Origin: Lingula anatina
Lineage: Eukaryota > Animalia > Brachiopoda
DNA length: 64,000 nt
Direction of reading: 5' to 3'
NCBI GenBank assembly: GCA_051362555.1
Contig: CM120640.1
Span: 6,944,001 to 7,008,000, forward strand
Shown in pieces: positions 53,301-64,000 of the stretch. A program made the translations under genes and the position numbers. The first letter of the stretch is position 1; every line of letters begins with the position of its first letter. The notes below the pieces were generated by a model, which saw only the letters and a program-made list of their open reading frames with translations, was not told the DNA's origin and did no database searches.

Positions 53301-56087
53301 ATCCTGTGCTGTTGTTCTGTTTAAATATTTTTGTTATAGAGTTATGAGCCCCTAATTACAGATTTCTAATAAACAAAGGTTTTATTTTTCTTTGTCAATG
53401 ATAAAATTAGAACTAAGGCTTTTGAGAAAAATCACTGGCAGGGTTCTGGAGTACTAAATGATGTCATTAAATTGATGTTGAAACTGTTCATGGGTGTTCA
53501 GGTAAAGGAGAAATTTTAGAAACCAGTTTTTTCATCTTTACCCCCAAAATGGCCATTATGACGTCACCCGTAAGATGACTTGTGTGTAAATGTTAATTAA
53601 TTTAGTCATTGAACACTGAAAATTTATCTTTTATCCAAAAGAATGTATTTAAGACAGTTAATAAGGAGTTTTTGCCAAATGCTTACAGTATCCTTAATTC
53701 TCATGTTATTGTGTTCAACTCCTGCTAGCTAATGTATTGAGTGTAGACCTTTTGAATATCCACTGTGTCCCAGACTGGACTAATGTGCCGTGTGGTGCAC
53801 TGCTTTTACCACACTGAGTTTGATTGTCAAGATTAACTTCATTTCTAGATATCTTCATTTGGAATTTGAGTTCATTATTTCAGTGTCTTCTAAATGTCAA
53901 ATGTGTGTGTGTGTGTGTTCTTCACCTCCATATATCCTGTATAAATAAAATGTAAAAGATATTGCATGCTAAGAAAATAGGCCAAATACTCACTGGACTG
54001 AAGTATGTGATTTTATAATTCTATTAATAATTTGCAATTTATTGTACCACAAACAGGTAGACCATATGTATATTCCCCTAGATCCAGTATCCATACTGTA
54101 CATATTAATTATAAATAATCTGTTTGAAATTTTTCCTAGGCAGTAATTAGCATACTTTACTCCAAATGTAATTAGAGGTTATGGCTGTGAATTTATAATG
54201 TGATTATTGGATTGAAGGGAAAGAAACTCATATGAATTTTTTTCTACAATCATCAGTAGTTTTCTAGCACTTACAGCCACCAGTAGATTTCCAATAGTCA
54301 TCATTCATCAGACTAAGTATATTTACATGGAAACCCAAAAATACAGTTAAAGTGTTTTTAGAGCTACACTTTTCTTGAATTGTATTAGTCAGTTAAATGC
54401 ATGCATTACTTTGATTTTCACTAACAATGAGAAACATGATATTTTCAAAACTTAAAAAAGCATATAGCAGGTCTTAAATGCTTCAGTTCTGATTATTTAA
54501 ATACCAAAAAATACAACAGACCTGGAAACAGTCTCTTGAAACTATTCCCTGTAAATATTTGTATGTAGAAAGTGTAAATCTATTTGAACATTTTTTTCAG
54601 GGGTTCGTAGTGGGAATTTCATGAGTCCAGTGGCATCATGCTATACTGATGGACTGGAGAAGAACCCACTGGCAGAGAGACCCATTGATGTTTTCATTAG
54701 CTATAGAAGGTCAAATGGATCCCAGTTAGCAAGGTATGTCTGGCAAGGTGATGCTGTAGCTTTCCTTAATAAGATATACTATGTTGTCTCCTGTAGAAAC
54801 TGATTGATTTAGTAGGTAAATTTTGATAAGTACATTCTTGCTTGAACAAAACCACATTTTTTACCATCAGATTTAGAGCAGATTTCTTTTCAGAATAATT
54901 TCCCCACTCTGCATTTGTCAAGGAAGTGTTTATGCATTTATTTACAAAATGATAGTTACTTATCAGCTGTAATTGCCTTACTTTTAGCTTACTGAAAGTG
55001 CACTTACAGTTACGTGGGTTGACAGTGTTTCTGGACATTGAGAGACTGCGAGCAGGGAAGTTTGATATGAACTTATTGACCAGTGTCAAAAATGCAAAGA
55101 ACTTTGTCTTGGTGCTGACCCCAGGGTCACTGGACAGGTGTCTTGGGGATGATGACCAGAGGGACTGGGTACATAAGGTAGGCACTGACTACGGCTTGGT
55201 GAAGTGAGTGAAGGGGGAGTACCTGCTTATCTTAATATGGATATGAAAAACTGTTTTCACTGTGGAAATAATTAGAGATTTGATTTTAATTTTAGTTTAT
55301 GGGGTAAGTTTAGCTGGGCAACAATGATTACACCTAGATATTAGTCTATGTTGAAATGTGCTTGTGTGTTGTTTTTTTCAGGAGATAGTGGCAGCCTTAG
55401 AGAGTGCATGCAACATTATCCCTGTGATGGACAATTTTCACTGGCCAGCCTCAGAGACTATGCCAGAGGATATGAGGGCTGTCAGCTTTTTCAATGGAAT
55501 AAGGTAGTTCGTTGCCACAGAAGACTTGTAATCCTGGTTTACTTTTTCTGTAGTCTGACATACTCTTGGCAACCTTTGCTCTGTACAAATATCTCAATAT
55601 ATTGAAATTAAGGCTTAAGTATTATTTTAGCACAATACAAGCTTAATAATCATGATAATCATTAAAAAATGAATAAGTATAAGACAAAGGATTTCATTAA
55701 GAAATACGACTTGATAGAATTCTTAGAATGCTTATTTTTTTCAGTCATCCTACATCAGGAAATTTGTTTTTGAAGTAATGTTTATAGCTGGGATGGGAAG
55801 AAATCATATCCTGTAATTAAGTTGATACCCACATTTTTTCAAGGTGGATCCATGATTATCAAGATGCCTGTGTGGATAAACTAGAGAGGTTCATCCGTGG
55901 GGAGGGTGCAGAGGACAGGTATCAGGGCTGTCTGTCCAAAGGCAACAGTATAGAGATGTTGAGCCCAGCAAGTGAACTGCATGGCTATGGACCTGCTCTT
56001 TGTCGCAACAATGGTGGCGATTCAGGAATAGAGGGTGCTAGCCCAGCAACGGAAGTACCTCCCAAACCTCATGATCATCATTCCTGA
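44587..56087 (+). CDS. SARM1: NAD+ hydrolase SARM1 (ARM-SAM-SAM-TIR) with long N-terminal extension
   Basis: Exons 44587-46062, 48023-48199, 48641-48765, 50548-50783, candidate microexons 51317-51346 and 52841-52867, then 54601-54733, 54988-55177, 55382-55503 and 55844-56087. Motifs [66 protein letters not shown] (catalytic Glu) and WIHDYQ. Confidence 0.95.
47363..47392. repeat. (AT)n microsatellite
   Basis: Directly visible in SARM1 intron. Confidence 0.9.
53012..53693. mobile_element. TTAA-targeting MITE (Kolobok-like) in SARM1 intron
   Basis: TTAA|GGATACTGTAAG ... CTTACAGTATCC|TTAA. Purine-purine termini with a TTAA TSD fit Kolobok better than piggyBac (CC). Confidence 0.8.
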
Positions 56088-58078
56088 ATAGCGGGAGAAA
56101 TGTTGTTGAGCATAAGGCACACTGTTATGTAATGGATGCTTTTATTTAATGTTGGTTTTTTGGTAGTTTAGGTATTTTAGTATAACTCAATAGTATAACA
56201 CATTCAAATTTAACTGCCAACATTAAATTTTGATTTCCACATGTTTCGGATGTTTATTTTTATGTGACTATAAGTTAGTTTATACAGACAGTGATGATGG
56301 GTGATTTCTGGTAAGCGTAGAGCGTTTGCTAGTGGACGAAAGCAATACAAGTTGTGTGCTGAATATTTGTAGATGATGATAGATGCATGTACCAAGCTGG
56401 TCCTTGGACATGCAAACATCCTGCATGTTTTGTGAGAAAAGAAAAAAAAACATTTTCATAGAAAAATGAATGAAAATTTCAACAATTTAGAGACATCAAA
56501 TTTACCCTGCACTGCAAGGTCGGATTGAAACAGAGCTTCCTGTTTAGTTGACTTTTCTTCATACATTTTAATGGAGAGATTTAACTAGGAAGTCATAAGT
56601 AGAAGCATAATGGTAGTCATGCTTATGTAAAGTTTTTAACATTCTTAGCTACAGCATGCCAAAATATTCAGCATCTGCCTATGTACAAATTAGGAAAAAT
56701 TATTTGTATGTTTGTGAGGTGTGAAAATCCCCATATGCCATTTGGTAACAAATCAACTTATCTTGGTAACTGTGAAGCATGGGGATAGTAAAGAGGATTA
56801 TTTTAAGACTTTATAAAGTAGCATTTTACATAACTTATGTTAAGAGTTATGCAGCTGTTGTTTAGACTGAAATTTTTGTCATATAATATGAACAGTCTGT
56901 ATATAATTTTATGTTGACTTAATATCGTAAGTGTTCAATTTATAATAGTGATTTTTTGCATGAAGTGTAGGAATGTACAAGACATAACCTGAAAACTAAT
57001 GACATATATAAATAGTTTGTCTGAAAGTGACAACAAGTAATGTTCCTATTCCTCAAAGTTAACGCATATATATGTAGTTTACCCTGAAAGGATATACATT
57101 GCCTCATGCAGAAAAAGGACAATCTCAGTTATTTTGTGTGCGTTTCAAGTGTGTTGTTCTTTGAAAACAGTGTGTAAACCTTGGTCACAGAGTCACATGA
57201 TCCTACAGTTTGGACTGTTTAAGTCTGTTTTGAATACTTATAAATGGCTCCCAGCTGATCCATCTCAATTTAAATAACTTCCATGCATTAAAATGCCTAG
57301 AAAAATTCTGAGAGGACTAAATAGGATCTAGGGAAGAAGAATGAAAATGTGAAACTTGTTTTATTCAGTAGTTATTTTCATGAACTCTCAAATGGCATCT
57401 GTGTATTATATTATAACAAATAAGTAATGCAACTTTTTATGAATTTATTTGATAAAATAGATTACTTTGGCTTGCATACATTTCTACACATCAAAATTGC
57501 GGCTCAAGTTAGATGAAAATATGACAGGGATTGTTAACTGCTTTATTATTTACGATTTTCTTTGTAGAGAGGTCTACGTCACATTTTGTACATTTATTGT
57601 TAGTGACAGGCATTCTGGTGCTTTTATAGTGATGCTAACAATCTTCCTGGTGAGTTTCATCAAACGAAATGTTTCACTTTATTTATTATGTAAATACTGT
57701 ATCACCTCTCTGTAAAGAGCAATCCAAGTACATCGATTATATGTTGCAAATTTAAGAAAGTGTTTGATTTTTCACTCAAGCATAAGAAAGTGCTGCATTT
57801 GTGGTTTATAAACTAGAGTTTTTTTTGAACTCGGATATAATTAGCAGTGTCCTCTAATTTTAAGTAACAATATAATATAATACTTAATGAAATACAATAC
57901 TCTGCAGTATACAAGGCCATCTCATCAGTGAATGACCATATTATCTGCCGTCAATTTATTGCAGTGACAAAGAATTAGACTTTTGCAAGCTTCCAGTGCT
58001 GTAATTTAGAATAAATGGACTGTTTTCTGTAGAAACATTGTACTGCACTTATCACTTATGTAAACTTGTCACATGTGC

Positions 58079-58144
58079 AATAAAATGTTAATGTTGAATG
58101 CATTCATTGCCATTGTGGCTTATATCAGTTATTAATACTTTATT
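58079..58144. terminator. Candidate convergent polyadenylation signals of SARM1 (+) and RAB35 (-)
   Basis: AATAAA at 58079-58084 (+) and TTTATT at 58139-58144 (AATAAA on minus), about midway between the two stop codons. Confidence 0.4.
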
Positions 58145-60098
58145 AAATCCATGTGAAGTTTTTACAAATTAAGATTTCAAATGGTCTATTCTATTTGTGC
58201 CATAAAGGTTATTACAAAATTAATTTCCAAATTATAAGGAGAATCTTTTCAACTCCTGAAAGATGAAACTCTGAACCTAGCCGGTTTTTATCAGTATGAT
58301 TTAAGATGAAAATTTTATATTTATGTTCCTGATCTCCAGATCATTTTTAGATAAAGACAAATATACATCACTTTAGATGTCACACTGTTTTACTTCTCAG
58401 CATACAAAATATTAGCATTATACACATATTTAAACATACACTATAGCAATCCTGCTTCAGATTTCATTCAGGACATTTGAAACAAATGCTACACCCCTCT
58501 GAAACCCCACTGTGTCCAGGCACTACATTGAGCTATTGATTATCATTTAAAATGAAGCAGACAGCTATAAAAATTCAGTCATTTTGTTAAACTGTTCCCT
58601 AATGTTAAACAATGATCAACTCATTTCAATAAAACTTTCACATCTGACTACAGGTTATCAGTAATATTTCTATGTACAATTCTTTTTTCACAGACTTCAC
58701 TTCCAGTGGAGTATCCTATGGTATCATTATCTTGGTATATTTCATTAATTCTCATTTTTGATTTAATCTGAAGTTTCCAGGTAACCCATGGGCTTCTAAC
58801 CCACTTTTCCATGAATACAAATGTCTACAAACTTGATCTTCAATATGGCTGACATTTATTACATATCCCAGTTGGGTTCTCTTCTATCAAGCTTGTCTTC
58901 AGTTTATGAGAAAGGTCAAGTTCTGCATGTTGTTAAAATGTCATCTGTACTGTATACAATCAACATAACTGCACTGGTATCTCCAGACTTAAATTAGGTA
59001 TGTACAATGCAATTTTTAAACGACAACAGTTTCTTCTATACTTCATTCTGATAATATTGCATTTTACACTAAATTTCCAAATCACTCAGTCGTATATCAT
59101 TGAGACACACATATACATATTATTTGCCACACTAGAAGGACCTCAGTAATTCCAGTCTCTATAGTTAATGCCAGACTGTAGGTTGATAAACACCAGTAAA
59201 ACTACTCTTTAATGCCATGGTTTCTGGAAACACCCACTGTTTTGGTTCATACCACCCATTCATTTTCTTCTGGCAAATTATTATTTGCTACCACAAACAT
59301 TTAAAATTTTAAAAATTCTGTTAATTCAAAATAATTATAGTGCCATTTTGGTAAACTAACATGAGAAATCACTTAAGGTTGCAATAGCGTAAGTTTGAAA
59401 AGCCAAATTAATCTGAAAAATCCATCTACAATTGACGAGAAGCATTTATGTCACAGAATTTATGGCAATAGACATGAGCACCTCTCAATGTAATGTACTT
59501 AAAATTTGAAATATAAGCAATATCTCTATATATCCCGATACCCATGCAGTGATCTGGTCATCTGTTAACACATTAACTATACAAACACCATTAGTGTCTA
59601 CACCTTAATGAAGGCATGCTGAGTTGCTATTGATTGAATACTAAATCACTAAAAAGAAGACACATTGCTAAACCACATCTTGAACAGAACAAGGCAGTCT
59701 CGTTTTTGAGATGTGTTCCTTGTGTGTACATCAATGTGCCTGTGGACAAATCTTGATGTTCAAGTCGATCAGAGTGTTTTCTCTGGTTTAAAATCATTAT
59801 TGATGATAATACAGTAAAATTCTTCATACCTGATCTTTCAAATAGAGCTAGTGTAAAAGAAATTTGCACTTCGCCAGGATCAAGTCTCTGTATCTATACC
59901 TAATGCATGCTTCATGTAGAATCCCCACATGCCACTATGACATCATGGCAGAAATATAACCACCCCCTTACTAATGAACAAATGACTGATTCTATCCAAC
60001 AATGCTACATATAATTGTCCTCCACTAAAAAAGAGAAATGACTTTTGAGTTTTTTTTCTGTTCCCATGTACACAATAATATACCAATGTCTTAAAAAA

Positions 60099-62956
<2,858 letters not shown>

Positions 62957-64000
62957 CTGTAAAGAACAGAGGAAAATGTTTACATCATAATATCATTAGT
63001 TTACAGCTGGTGCAGTTCTAGACCAACAGTTTCCATGGAAGTTCTATACACACTAACGGAGTTACAAATTGTAAATTATTAATCTTAAATCCTTGTACTT
63101 GATTTAATTCAACATGATTGTCTGATTGCCCAGGTTTTGCTTCTTTGTTTATCTACAGTCTCAACATCAAGTAAATTCTAGTACTCCCTTGAAATTAATT
63201 CCAACCACTGACAGCAAATATCTACACCTTTTATGTAAAGACAGATAAGATAACAAAGGCACTGTGCCACTCCACTCCATGGCAGAAATTGCTACAGGTC
63301 AAGTTACATGAAAATATCCAGAAAGTGGGTTTTTGACTTTTGACACTTTAGTACACATGAAAAGGTAGGATTCTTACACACCTGAGATAATTGTATTATA
63401 GTATCAGATGGAAAAGAGAATGATGCTTGACCTTTCAGCAGCAATGGCTAAGACATCTTATCAAAAGATATGTTGTAAATCTATTAGCTAGGTGATTTCC
63501 TCATAATTTCATTTCTTTTTGCCATTTTATCAACATATACAACCCCTTTTAACTATGATTAATTTCAAAATCTTTGGTGATCAATGCAATCATTTACAGT
63601 AAATATTTTCTTAAACAAATAATGGTTAAATTTCATATCTTTCAATGATTACAAATAATCATCTGGAAAAAAAATTAAAGAAAAATATAAAGATAAATAA
63701 TATGTCTTGCATGTGTTAAATTTCATAAGAACATTATACCAGCATGCATGTATTACTCAGTTTCCTACACAAATTTCATACATGGATTGAATGAAAAACA
63801 AATGCTTACAATAGAAATAATTTACACTGATACAGAGTAATATACAAGTCTGATGGCTGTTCTCATAAGATAATGTTTACATATAAGTGAACATTTCATC
63901 TAGGTGATAAACGTGGTAAGAGGGTATTCATCATTGCAATCTACATCAATATTCATAACTGGAGGGTTCTAACATCAACACTGAGCAAATGACAAAATAA

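Overview
AT-rich, intron-containing animal (probably marine invertebrate) genomic DNA, not prokaryotic. I assembled six spliced genes by hand from GT-AG boundaries: a two-domain FAM151/menorin gene (minus, with an in-frame TAA at 13799-13801), two tandem riboflavin-binding-protein/folate-receptor-family paralogs (minus), C19orf53/L10K (minus; missed by the ORF track), SARM1 (plus) and the 3' part of RAB35 (minus). The rest is mostly transposon-derived: two inverted copies of a Helentron/HINE-like element with a 146-bp satellite, a duplicated mosaic of TE fragments (1.7-11.3 kb), a 2.6-kb foldback-like element and several MITEs. Strongest observations: (1) RAB35 has a tandemly duplicated final coding exon giving two alternative CC-prenylated tails; (2) SARM1 has two candidate frame-preserving microexons (30 and 27 nt) adding kinase motifs to the SAM-TIR linker; (3) FAM151 has a degenerate first and intact second domain plus a nonsense codon; (4) the HINE satellite carries a DR1 nuclear-receptor motif in nearly every unit. 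Family assignments come from recalled motifs, not database searches, and no splicing is confirmed by transcript data.
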